The position numbers and the translations under genes are program-made. A stretch of DNA of 64,000 bases from Balanoglossus misakiensis (lineage: Eukaryota > Animalia > Hemichordata), in the NCBI GenBank assembly GCA_040954595.2, contig CM082580.2, forward strand, positions 2,656,783 to 2,720,782, given 5' to 3'. This document shows positions 25,508 to 37,987 of this stretch, in pieces (the stretch's first letter is position 1; every line of letters begins with the position of its first letter). Below the pieces are notes generated by a model that made no database searches, was not told the origin of the DNA, and worked only from the letters and a program-made list of their open reading frames with translations.

Positions 25508-25872
25508 AGAATTTCTCCCGACCTGAAATAGGTTTTGGCTACCTAGGTGGGTGATAAAAATCTCACATGGTCGACACAATTTCAAGATGGCCGGCCGATT
25601 TTTGCCGTGTTTAAGGAATAGGATTTCATAAGCTAAAGTGATGATGGGTCATTCTGAAACTTTTTAACAGAAAAAATAACAAAATGTGAAAAAAGTTTAA
25701 TGAGTTTAATATGGTAACTACAAAGACAGACATGATTGACCAAAGTAAGTCATGAAATACAGTAAACATATCATTTCTTCTATCTCTTACTACAGTGGGT
25801 TGTCGACTTTTCGACCAGAATGCAATGGGATTTAACCCCCTAGCGCAAAGTGAAAACCTATTTAAGGCAGCC
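25508..25872. mobile_element. Truncated insertion 'Y', probably a DNA-transposon fragment
   Basis: Absent from units 1, 2, 4 and 6; near-identical copy with the same left junction at 53607-53966; ends ...aaacctatttaaggcagcc. Confidence 0.6.
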
Positions 25873-27371
25873 AGATCCAACTCATTTTACTAAATCGTAT
25901 TATCACTGTATATTCATGACATTTTGGTGTTTTAAAGTTGTGCGTGTCGTTGTATTTCGAATAACAACATGTCTTTCTTCTTTTCTCTTAAAAAAATTGT
26001 TTAAAATTAACTACACAATCGTCTCAGTGCATTGTACATAGCACGAAAAGCTACAATCACACACACATAACACATACAACTGAGGTTGTTTCTTTGTATA
26101 ACACTGTAGTGTAACTGCTACAATGTACATCATTGCATCATTGTGGTTGTTTCTTTGTATTACAGTGTAGTGTAACTGCTACAATGTACATCATTGCATC
26201 ATTGTGATTGTTACTGTGCATTAGCTTAAGTATAACTGTTAAATCATTGTTATGCACTGTTACTTTTTATCACTTTTCCAATTTACTTTGATTGTTTGAG
26301 TGAGACCCCCCCCCCCCTGGAACAGTGCGAACAATGTTGATGTGGTCATGAATAGAAAAAGTCGTATGCGAGAATTTTAGATGGCCCTCCCCAAAAAATT
26401 GTTAATACCATTTTCATTCATAGTGTTTTTACTGTGGATGGTTGTCAACGTACAAAACAGACTGTGTCAGCAAGCAATTTAAAAGAACAGAAAAATATTC
26501 CCAGGGGACACATTAGTCAATTCTAGGAACAGCTGAATGTAACATCGGTTCTTTTGATGTCAAATTATTTGGATTCTATCTGTGAGTATTATGAAAATAT
26601 CGGCTTTTCTGAGAAATATTTTATACATCATCACCCATGCATCTTTCCTAAGACTATTTAGTCCTCATTCAAAAATATTTCTTGTTATCGCTTTCTGATA
26701 GTTTATCGTTACCTTGTGTTTCAAACATGTACAGTACTTCTCAAACATTTCACCCTAGTTCTCTTTGACGTTTAATCTCATTTTTAATTCTGTTTTGCGT
26801 CTTGGTTTCTCTCTTTTTTTGTAAATTTCCAACATTTCCTTGCAGTCCACAATAATTTTCGGAGTTATTTCAGATTACCCTTGAACTGAAAACAGTTAAG
26901 GGTACTGGCAAGTTGTGGATGAATTATAACGTTCACCAAATATGTATTTTTAGAATCACATATAACGTCACGTGGATTCTTGTGTGTACACTACACCAAG
27001 TCGATAGAGATGACATCACCAAGCACTTACTGCTGAAAAATATTTATTTGGGAAAGCTTGACAAAAAATTTGTTGAGTACGCATAAAATTATTCATTTTC
27101 AGTAATGCACTAAAATTATGCTGAGTAATCATTTGCACAAGCGCAAGTTAGAGATTCAACCTAACTAAAAAAATACCCCAACAAATTGTCCACATGTCCA
27201 CGGACAGTTACATGGAATTGTTCCATTCACTTTCTATAATACATATTACTTGCGTGAATCGAGGCGTACATAGGCCTACATGCACTTCAGTAAATATATA
27301 CTATGTTAGCAATATCTTACACCAACTGTCATAGGTTTAATGCACATTTATAACACCGTCGGATAATATTA

Positions 27372-27825
27372 TGAGGTTATTACGAAAATACCGCAAAGTA
27401 TGCACTCGGACATTAGCGCCGTGTATCGCCCGACACGTAGCGGAGGGCGATGCGCTGCGCTAATGTCCGAGTGCATACTTTGCGGTATTTTCGTAATAAC
27501 CTTATTATTATACATCTTACATCTCCGTTAGTTCTTGTGTTGCATGTAACTTGGCTTTCAAAACGCCCAAAATGCCGATACAATCGATCGAAAACCGCTC
27601 AGTTGACTCAGTGAGCAGCCATCTTTCTTTTTTGTTTACGTGTGCGCACGTGCGTTGGAGTGGGGGTGTCTTGAAACCGTCCGCATAACAACGCATACCT
27701 GTACACGGTGAGTTGGGGCGCCTTGAAACTTAAGGCGTATTTAACACGCGTTCCGTACGTACCGTTCCGTACGGCTTTTTTAGTGCTCGCTAAATTCTAT
27801 TGTTCTCGGTGCCAGATGTATAATA
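27372..27825. mobile_element. Unclassified hairpin-bearing non-autonomous element
   Basis: 46-bp perfect inverted repeat at 27374-27419 / 27457-27502, plus a short IR tattatacatct / agatgtataata. Inserted in an ataatatta site; same insertion at 44754-45196. Confidence 0.7.
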
Positions 27826-28329
27826 TTAGTTGTCATTCATGACTCGCTTTAAAGCAATCATGTCAAAGTTTTAAGGGTATATTTCAGGGCGTATATTTGA
27901 ATGTTCTATGCATTTAAGATTTCTATTAGGGCCATCGGAAAATAGAAGACATTTATCATCGAGATTCTGACCATTGTCATTTTGAAAACAAAACATAATT
28001 CACTTAATAATGTTGCTATTTTCGAAACATCTGACATCCCGTTCTGGTCTTTTTTGGCAGAAGTCCATATGCATGCATATTTCTTTCACGGACTTGACTT
28101 TGTTGAGTGTGAAGCAAATACTGTATATTTGACCTTTGAACTTAAGACTTGTGTCTTCTTTCTTTCTTTCTTCTTTTCTTTCTTTTGTATGTATTACTAA
28201 CCAAGTGTTCTACTGTTCACTATGAAGGGGTGGACTTGACTAGTGCGAATGCACTATTTTTCCTACCTCCTTTTTTCACTTTATCAGTACATTTTTGACC
28301 ATTCGATGTAAAAATTGAAAGAGAAATAA

Positions 28330-28378
28330 AATTGAATTGAATTGAATTGAATTGAATTGAATTGAATTGAATTGAATT
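28330..28378. repeat. (GAATT)n microsatellite upstream of exon 1
   Basis: About 10 units here; shorter arrays at ~4105-4142 and ~45677-45713; the segment is missing upstream of copies 2 and 5. Confidence 0.85.
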
Positions 28379-28606
28379 AAATGGGTTTTCTCTCAATTAT
28401 TTCTTACATTATTCATACATGCCATTCATCTGACATTGGGAAATATAACGGAATATGTAATTTCATGCAGATCATATTTCAATTTAACTTGAAATCTGCT
28501 ATTCACACGTTTTCTTGTTTATGTCTCTATGGCAACACTGGTATAGTTAAATGAGTGAGTTTATAACTCTCTAGATCACAACAAGTCTTGATAGAAAACG
28601 CTGAAT

Positions 28607-31600
28607 ATGTACCTGGCAAGTCTCGTTTTTATATTGCTATATTGTGCTTATATTGCTATGTCGGTACAAGGTAAGTGTAGAAAAGACACATGGACTAAAA
28701 TCTAACCTTCGACGGTGTTTTTGTCAATGTGTGATATTTCTGTGGCCTTTATCCTTACTAAATCTATTAGCGTGCAGTTTAGGTAGATCTTATATATATT
28801 TTCTGTGTTAATATAGGATATTTTAAACTGAAGCTGACATTGTCTTTATTTTTGTTCCAAAAATTTTATAAAACAGCTCGAGAAATTGCTCTTAAATTTA
28901 TTATGAACGTATGAAGGCATGCATGTCTCTTTAATGCACTTTAAAATCATTGCACAGTTAACAATATTCGAGTATTTTTTCATTCGTGGTATTAAAATTA
29001 ATTTTGAGAATGCGCTTATGTGTCCTACTTATTTTCTTGTTACTTGTCAATATTATTGTAACCAACATATTGTATTTGGGAGCAATTTTGCGCAAAAACT
29101 CCTATTTCAAGAAATCCCTTGTCTGACTGCCTTGTGATTTGGTTTATAGGGTCATGCCGAAATAGTCGTGGAAATATTGTACTTGCGATCAGTTCTTCCT
29201 GATTTGTGGTCAAAAACTAAAAAATGGCTTGCCGAAATTTTGTTTGAGGATCCTTGGGTATTCGTATCATGAGTAAACAAATAACTATAGTCAATCCCAT
29301 GTCTATAACGTAAGCAAACCTGGCTTATTTGCAAATAAATTTGCCTCGTGTGTAAAACAGTTTGTAATAAGTCTTCTCTTGGCTGTCCTAAACAGCTTAT
29401 AGTTAACAACATCGCATACCTCATACATCTGTTATATTCTATTTCTTTTTGTCAGGATGCGATGAGAGATACAGACTGAGAAATGGAGAGGCAGTTCGAG
29501 TTAGTTCTCCAAACCATCCAGATGATGATCACGACATCATTCTTGAGTGTACTTGGACCCTGACCAATACTGATGGTGGACTAATAATAGTCTGTTTCAG
29601 TCATTTCCAGTTGGTCTCGCAAAATGACTCCATTTCACTTTTAGACGAGGCAAATGAAAACACTTCCGAACAAGTTCACAGATATACACACGCTAATAGG
29701 CGTAGTGTCCCACCCATCTTTGTATCGTTAGGTGATGTCGCTGGGATAATTTGGACAACAAGTGAGCAAAATACTGGATCATTTCATGCGACTGTAACTG
29801 CAGTGGAAAGTGAGTATCAAGAGTTTCATTTCAATAATCTCTCAATTGAAGAGCAACAACAACAATGACGGTGTCAAAATGTTTTTTTTTTTTTTTTTTT
29901 TTGAATATCTTATCGTCATCGTCACCGTCATTATTTGGGTTGGGAGATCGAGATTCCTGTGTCAATACCGCTATTAATAATGCACATTTCAAATGGAAAA
30001 TTGTCGCCGATCTCCATGTTACGTCTACAAAGAAAACCCAGGTGACTTTTATGAAAACAAATCTCCTCACATATGTAGCAAAGGTTTTGAGGGCTATCAT
30101 TTATCTGAAAATTTGTTCCCAGAGGCTTATGATGCGTCAGTGTAGAGGGTGGTATACCGGTAGGCCAAGCACACATACTTGCATGAGTGTCATAGTAAAG
30201 TCATCCAATGATTGTTTTTTTATATAAATTTGTGTACAAAAACACTCAATGTTGGCCTGAAGGTTACACCTATATTAAAATCTACTAGATTGAATGGCCA
30301 AATATTTTTTCACATAAGCATATCTAATAGTTTGTGTAATGTTCTCATTTGTACAATATAAATATTCTTCATCAGTGACGTGCGTTAAATCTCAACGTTC
30401 AGATATGTCCAGGGCACTATGCTCGCTGCTTTAATTTCGTACCGTCATTTCTATACATTTCTACCCAATACACTTGTGCATTATATTTCTTATGTAGGTT
30501 CCATCTCTGTGGACGCATGTCCAGTTGTATCAGGTGTAAGTATTAAACCAGACTGCTGAAAGGAATTCTTTTTAAAATGCAACATAAGAGCTCAGTTTGA
30601 GTCAAGTGCAGCGCCCCCAATGGGCAAGGAACGAGTAAGCTTCAGAACAAGCTCTCCTGACGAGCGAATGAGGGCGTGGTTCAAACGAATATAGTGTTTA
30701 TTTACCATTCAAAGTTTAGATCAAGACAATAAATATTTGTCAATATATATCCGTATATATATGACGTAGACTTGCCCTCTCGTCATTAGAATATTCAGAT
30801 TTCAGGTAATCATATTTTTAAGGACTCTGACAGTAAAACAAAATTGGAAAAATATGATAAATAATATGAAAACTCTGATAAATATTTATATTTGGTTTAA
30901 ATTTACTGTACGACTATCTTGGAACTTTTATAGACTTTCAAAAGTCAAAATGAACTAACAAATGCTTCATTGTGTCATTTCTGAACTCCGCCAGGTGCTT
31001 GAACCATTTCATCTAGCATCTGCTATGATCAAGGAACTAATGGATCTAAACCTGCCTTTAGATGCAAGTCGGAACATAGCTAAAGGCAAGCGATTTCACA
31101 TTTCTGACAAAAATTAGACGTTCCAGTTCACGATGTCCAGACGCTGGAAACTTTGCAATGAACATATATTTGAACATCATGTGTTAGACTAATGTTGAAG
31201 TGATGCCCGAATATAATCTATATATGTAATGAACAACGGACAATTGGGAAATGCATATTACTCATTCTGCCTCTCAGTTTCAATTTCAAATCTTACAGAA
31301 ATCCTGATACTTCTGGATGAAGGCATTGTGACTCTTCCGTCGGCGGCCGATAATGAAACAACAGACGCGGTGACCAAGTTCCTTCTAAACGCAACTGATT
31401 CCCTCGCGAAGTCTGTTCTACGTGGGATGGAACCCGGCAGTGGGCCAGTTATCATACATTCAGAATTCTTTCAATTGCATTTGGAAAGCGATTCTGTGGT
31501 GCATCTTACCAACACCTCTTTATTACTCCGAGGCGGTAATGGTGTGAAATTTCCACCGGCAGAGAAGATGTTCTCCAATTTAACCTCTGGAGCAATTGTT

Positions 31601-31650
31601 AACAGGATTGTAAGAGTCTAACCCTTGTTGTTGAACATGAGATGTTATCG

Positions 31651-31683
<33 letters not shown>

Positions 31684-33230
31684 TTGCTTAAACACACTCT
31701 GTAAACGCATGCCAATGAAGTTTATAATACATTATCGCCCATAGGTTAGTGTTTTTAACAGAAGTTTGCTTCTTCAAGACTACAATGGACGGAACAAATT
31801 TCCAAGAAAATTTGTGTTGAGCTTGTCGTTTACTGATAGAGACGGCAGAGAGTTAGAAGGTATTATATTATCATCACAATATTGCTTTCTAATATATTGT
31901 ATGAGTTGGAATCGGATAAAATCTAACATTGAACGATTTGTATGAACTCTACATAACTTGGTTTGTCTGTAAATATGGCTATGCAATATATATTTTCTTT
32001 TCAGCATAAAAGTTATTCTCTATTCACTCTTCCAGTGAAAGATACTAAAGAAGACATTGAAATTACATTTGCTAGTGAAGCACCTGAGCCAGAAACCGTC
32101 TCATTGATCGAAGGTGTGTACACTGAAGTCCATGACGTCACATATTTTGGATTAAATGTCGAGGTAGAGGTAGGTGAACGGAAATAAAACTAGTGAAATC
32201 AATTCTGATTATGTATACTGCTTGTGCTATCGGCGAGCCAATACTAACAGATGTTAGCATTAAAGTGTTTATATTTCTCACAAAATTAATATTCATTCTA
32301 TATATTCTATCGTCGCAGATAGCATGGTTGTTCCAACCATTTATCATTAAGTTTGAAAATTGCAAACCTCTGTACGGAAATACAACAGTGTACATCTTCA
32401 ATGAACTTACGGCTTACTCTGACAAATACGTTGGATACCAGTTCGCTGTTGATATGGAATTTGCAGGAAATGTTTCCACAGTGTTCATCCCAGAATACTA
32501 TTTCTTAAGAACTGGAGAATATTACTTCACATTTACCATTCCCCACAGTAAGTGTCCATGTTTAACATTTACCTTACACTGCACTGAAGTATTGTACACA
32601 TTTGTTGTTTAAAGCACATTTAATAGCTTGTGCGTTGTCATGCATCACTTAAATTTACAAGTTCAAACCTATTTTTTGTATCAGAACCTATCATATCAAT
32701 TCATGTAGTAAGAAAGTCTGAACTACTAGGCCAAAATGCATGAGTCTACATCCGGGGTTTTAAGAGTCGACGTCACCACCACGTCAAAAAGAATACAACT
32801 TCTTTGAGGTACCCTAACTTCTTTCTATTCTTTCCATTTTGTAGAGCAAGATATCCAGTTTGCATACACTGTCATACAAACTAGGTGTGATTATCTGAAT
32901 ATCCAGACTGACAGCTGGGAAAGTGACGGTTGCCAGGTATGCACAATGGTTCCTCAAAAAATAATTTGGATTTATCAGAATCAATTTTGAAATTTGAACG
33001 TAACCAAATTCAATGCATCCTTTAGATATGACACAACTCAAACAGTAGGCAGGAGAAATTTGAGAACCTGTAATTCTTTGTCATATTACTCACAGAAAAG
33101 TTCCAACTTTTCAGCATTTATTTTAAATCCGTAGATTTCACCATTATCAAACGTCACCTCCACTGTGTGTCTGTGTAACCACCTGACGACATTTACATCC
33201 GGAATGGCGACAACAATGATATTACCCTAG
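28607..33230 (+). CDS. Secreted CUB + GAIN/GPS protein, copy 3 (~507 aa)
   Basis: Exons 28607-28670, 29456-29809, 30498-30535, 30995-31085, 31299-31609, 31745-31859, 32036-32169, 32319-32547, 32845-32936, 33135-33230. Open frame ending CLCNHLTTFTSGMATTMILP*. Confidence 0.88.
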
Positions 33231-33442
33231 AAAACGATTGGTTACATTCTAACCCATGATGCATTGTGATTTCCAACATGGCGTTGAACCAGTTGGTCCC
33301 TCTACATAATGCAGAGTGACCACATGAGGGCGATATGAACAGAATTTCATTTTTATCAGAGGAATCCGATGGATTTTTGGCCACTTAGGCCTCCAGAGTT
33401 ATTTATCATGCTTCATTCGTCCTTACCATATTCACACAAATT

Positions 33443-34293
33443 ATAATATGTAACAGGTTTGACCTGAGTGCGAGCGCAGCAAGCTTTCGTGTAGTATACT
33501 AGTATTCACATTGTTGTCAACACTCCACTTTCCACATGCATGCTTCGTCAACTTTCTCTTGGTCAACTGAAAGATTTGCAATACTTGCCCCCATAGATAC
33601 AGGGCGCACTTTTCGAACTCGTAGGTATATAGAGATATACATTCTATTTCCCATAATCCCTCATTCTCGTACACGCGCTATCTAAAGTGCTCACTACGCT
33701 TCGGCCGCTCGTGCTGCGCTCGCTATTATTGGAAATAGAATGTATATCTATGGGGGCATCCATTAATTTTGATCTCTTCCTTAAAACGTAAAACCAATGT
33801 CCTTATTCATCGCAAATCCTACTCAGAAATGTACACCGTCCACAAGACCATCAATCAATCATTCTGGGCACTTTCTGGGCCGTTTTCGAGAGCCCGACGG
33901 TCGGCGCCATATTGAATCACGCGAAATCTTAATCACGCAAAATCACGCGAGACTTCGAAATTACTTTACGCATGTAAGGGGCCACCACCAACAACATTTA
34001 TTCTTGATGAGCCTAAACGTTTAACCACAACAAAACTACCACAAGGACCTTGTGAGAATGAAACACACCGATCAAAGATAATCTGAAGCTAATAATGAAA
34101 CCCACCGATCAAAGATAATCTGAAGCTATCAGAGAATGGAACGTCTTAAATTTGGCAAAGTATTGCAAAGCCTTCAGTTGACCATCAGAAAGTTGATGAA
34201 GCATGCATGTGGAAAGTGGAGTGTTGACAATAATGTGAATATATACATGATAGCTTGCTGCGCTCGCACTCAGGTCAAACCTGTTACATATTA
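33443..34293. mobile_element. Rearranged (foldback-like) non-autonomous element in the 3' flank of copy 3
   Basis: About 140-bp inverted termini beginning taatatgtaacaggtttgacctgagtgcgagcgcagcaagct; the same family at the same site occurs as a tandem pair at 51208-52445. Confidence 0.65.
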
Positions 34294-34860
34294 TTATATC
34301 ATGCTACCGTCTGCAATTCTGATTGGACGGGAGCTCAATCCAGCGATGCTAAAATACTCATAATGCACTGCTGGCAGTGGTAAAACGGGCCCCTGAACTA
34401 GCATACGGCTGCAAAAATGTGCGGTTAAACCACAGTCGCGCGTGTTTAAACCAAATAAATAAAACAAAAATACTGTTGAATTAACGGACGTTTTATTTTG
34501 GAACTGCTCTGTGGAAATATTTGTCACTTTGCCACGCGCGATGCCCGTCTTGTCACTTTTTGTCGTCTGCTTCATGTTTAATGCTCGATCCCGGCTGGAT
34601 CCCGGCCGCTCGTGTTTACATTCATCGTCGCCATGTTGGTTCACGATCGTAATTTCTCTTTCTGACGCCGTTTCGGTAAGAAAATGACACTGATATCATG
34701 CCACAAAAACAATTGTTGATATAATATAATAGCAATAAAACACCCCAGCCATGGTATACCACTCGATTTTGACCAGTTCAAAATATACGCTCGTGCGTAT
34801 ATGTCGTGAACTGGTCAAAATCTCGTGGTATACCATGGCTGGGGGTGTTTTATTGCTTAA
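34294..34860. mobile_element. Second hairpin-bearing non-autonomous element
   Basis: Long terminal stem-loop at ~34731-34857 (agcaataaaacaccccagccatggtatacc...ggtataccatggctgggg..gtgttttattgct) plus a short IR tattatatca / tgatataata. Confidence 0.6.
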
Positions 34861-36593
34861 ATTATATCATAGTGTCATTTAGGCCCAACCACCATCATCA
34901 CTATTCTCTGCCGAGTCTTTGGAATATATGCCATGAGTAATTTATTCAGATACATTGAATTCGTTATTCACAAATGTGTAAATCATTATTCGATTGATTT
35001 TTTTGTCAACTTTATACAAAGGAAAACTGTGATTAATTTTCAATTCGAAAAATTGTTGGATTCCAGATTGAAATACAATCATTATTATGTTGGTTTTTTA
35101 TGTATCTCGTGGTTGTTAATGTTAGATTTCTATTTCAAATTAAATCAATATGTTTGCATATTTACACACTCAACTCAATAGTAATTTTAGTAGCCTAGTA
35201 GCCTATTGTTGTTCATTCTTGTATTTTTACAGTCACACATATACATAAAGCTACCCATTTCAAGTATACCTTACATTTTGTCATTTTGAAAGCTTTGTAT
35301 AATTAAATACTTGCATGTTATCCTTCTTTTAAAAAAAGTGGAAACCTACGGATGAAAATATCAGGGGCTAGTTTATATCCTCGGTGTTGTTTGTTGCGAG
35401 TTTCAATTGTTAAACATTTTAAATGAACGACTCATATTGTATCAAATTCAAAATTCAAAATGGCCGCAAATCAATGTGTTAACTGTAAGGAGAAAAAATA
35501 AAGTGGTAATTTTCACGAAGACAAAGTAGTGAATGAATTATTTTCTTCTTTGTTTCCAAAAAGACTTCTCATAAACCTTAATATTGCAAAGAATTAAAAG
35601 GTTTGGATGACTATTATTTTTTTAAAAGCAAGAAACAAACAAAAACAGAAAATTATTCCAAGGTGACATTTGCACATTTGTCAATGATAGGTACAGTTCA
35701 CAGTCTCGTGGGAATTGAAATGTAAATACACCACGATTGGGCCTGTGACATAGGGGATCGTCGTGTGGTACAGTTGAATGTAAAGTCGGTTCTTTTGATG
35801 TCAAATTATTTGGCTTCTCTTTGTGAGTGTAATGAAAGACTACAAAAATTTGGGACAATTCACCCGGCTTCATCAAATATTACACTATGAATTTAGATCT
35901 TAGCATGGCACCAATCATTTCCCGAGGGCAAACTATTCTGCTATCCCAGGCGTGTCCGCTACACTTTTAAATTCAATGGCTCAGTATAAGTGTGTCTTTC
36001 CTTTTTAACTTGTAGGCCTATTCAAAAGTTCAATAGTCATTACTCCGTGGGGAGTATGAGTCTTTCTTTAGGAGAAGCTTTGAGTTCTCTTTATGTTCTG
36101 ACAGTTGGTAAACGTTGTCTCAATGCTCCTCACCCATACCGGTACAGTTCGATTAAAGCCCTGTTGGATTCTAGCTAGTTTCCACTTCATGCTACGGAGG
36201 CAAATAATATTATTAGTTTATGATTTTACGGGTAATTAAACTGACAACTCATTTTACTAAATCGTATTATCACGGTATATTCATGACATTTTGGTGTTTT
36301 AAAGTTGTGCGTGTCGTTGTATTTCGAATAACAAAATCTCTTTCTTCTTTTCTCTTAACAAATTGTTTAAAATTAGCTACACAATCGTCTCAGTGCGTTG
36401 TACATAGCCCGAAAAAGTAAATTAATAAGTAAATAGCTGGATAAAATAATTAAACAAAAAACTACAATCACACACACATTACACATAAAACTGAGGTTGT
36501 TTCTTTGTAACTGCTACAATGTACGTCATTGCATAATTGTGGTTGTCACTTTGTATGACACTGTAGTGTAACTGCTACAATGTATATCATTGC

Positions 36594-37396
36594 TAAACAA
36601 ACAATCTTGACCGTTTAGGCCGTCACACCTGGGCAACGTCTGTGAAACATATTTTATTTTCATATGGGTTCGGGCATGCCTGGATTTCCCAGGAAATAGG
36701 CAATAAGCATTTGTTCCTTTCAGCATTTGAGACAAGAATTTCAGATATTTTGAAGCAACAATGGAAGTCACATTGTTCGTCCAAAACCAAACTCCGTACA
36801 TACACACTTTTTAAATCATTGTTACACCCTGAAAAGTATCTCAATGTCAACTGTACACGAAATGTCAAACAAATTCTTGCATGTTTTCGCTGTTCTGCCC
36901 TTCCTCTTGCAATAGAGGAGGGAAGACATCAGAACGTGGACGTTTCAGAGAGACACTGTAGGCTATGCTCTGGTGAACAAATAGAAGACGAGTATCACTT
37001 TCTACTTGTTTGTCCCTTATATGATAATCTTAGAAAACAATATATTGGTGACATTAAGAATCCTCACTTCCAAATGTTTGTAAATTTCATGAGTGCATCA
37101 GAATCCACCAAGATACTTTCGCTATGTAATTATGTTTACAATGCTTTTAAATTTAGAGAAACTGTGTTAAAAAAACCATCAATCCATACAATACTGTTAA
37201 GTTCCTCAGTTTGTATCCTGAGTATGTAATTCCACACATCTGCTGGTTGATGTTGTCACTTGTACTATTTGAGTACATGTATTATTTAATTCTTTTTTGT
37301 ACAATCTTCTGGTTACCTTTATACCCCCTTGCTTATGGGCTGGAGGCCTTGAAAAGCAATAAACGTGCACTATTGTGCACCTGAACCGAACTGAAC
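36594..37396 (+). mobile_element. 5'-truncated LINE (3' end of ORF2 + 3' UTR)
   Basis: 11-bp TSD tatatcattgc at 36583-36593 and 37397-37407. ORF 36642-37229 carries KLRTY..FK..EKYL, LAIEEGRH, CRLC and EDEYHFLLVCPLY. Ends with aataaa and a (ctgaa)n tail. Confidence 0.9.
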
Positions 37397-37487
37397 TATA
37401 TCATTGCATCATTGTGGTTGTTACTGTGCATTAGCTGAAGTATAACTGTAAAATCATTGCAACCAAAATGTATTGTTACTTTATATC

Positions 37488-37956
37488 TGTAAAGCAATGT
37501 CACTGGTTAAAAGATGACTGGATGACTTTGATTGTGTAGGCTATAACACTGACGTTTATTCACTAGAGAGCAGCCATGATGAACAAGGGTTGATGGGTAA
37601 TACAATGCTTGAATAAAGTTCACCACTGATGGCGCTATGCTGGAATCAATGTACTTAAGAATATAACATCCCTTCTTGTTTAAAGTTGAATATCAAGCAA
37701 CAATTAACTGGTGATAAGTGTTCATGAAATGTTCGAGTGAGATCTGCATGCAACACTATCTGTTTTAAGAGTCTGATTGTTCGAAGCCGTCAATGAAAAG
37801 TCCTGTTAAGAAGTTGACGGGAATGTCTCAAAACTGTTTCAACCTCACTGATAACTAGACAAAAGAGGATATTTGAACTCTACAAACTGAACTCTGTTAA
37901 ACTGCAAAACTCGAGAAAATGCAAAAGTCACTGTTGCAACAAATTTCTCTCTCTCT

Positions 37957-37987
<31 letters not shown>

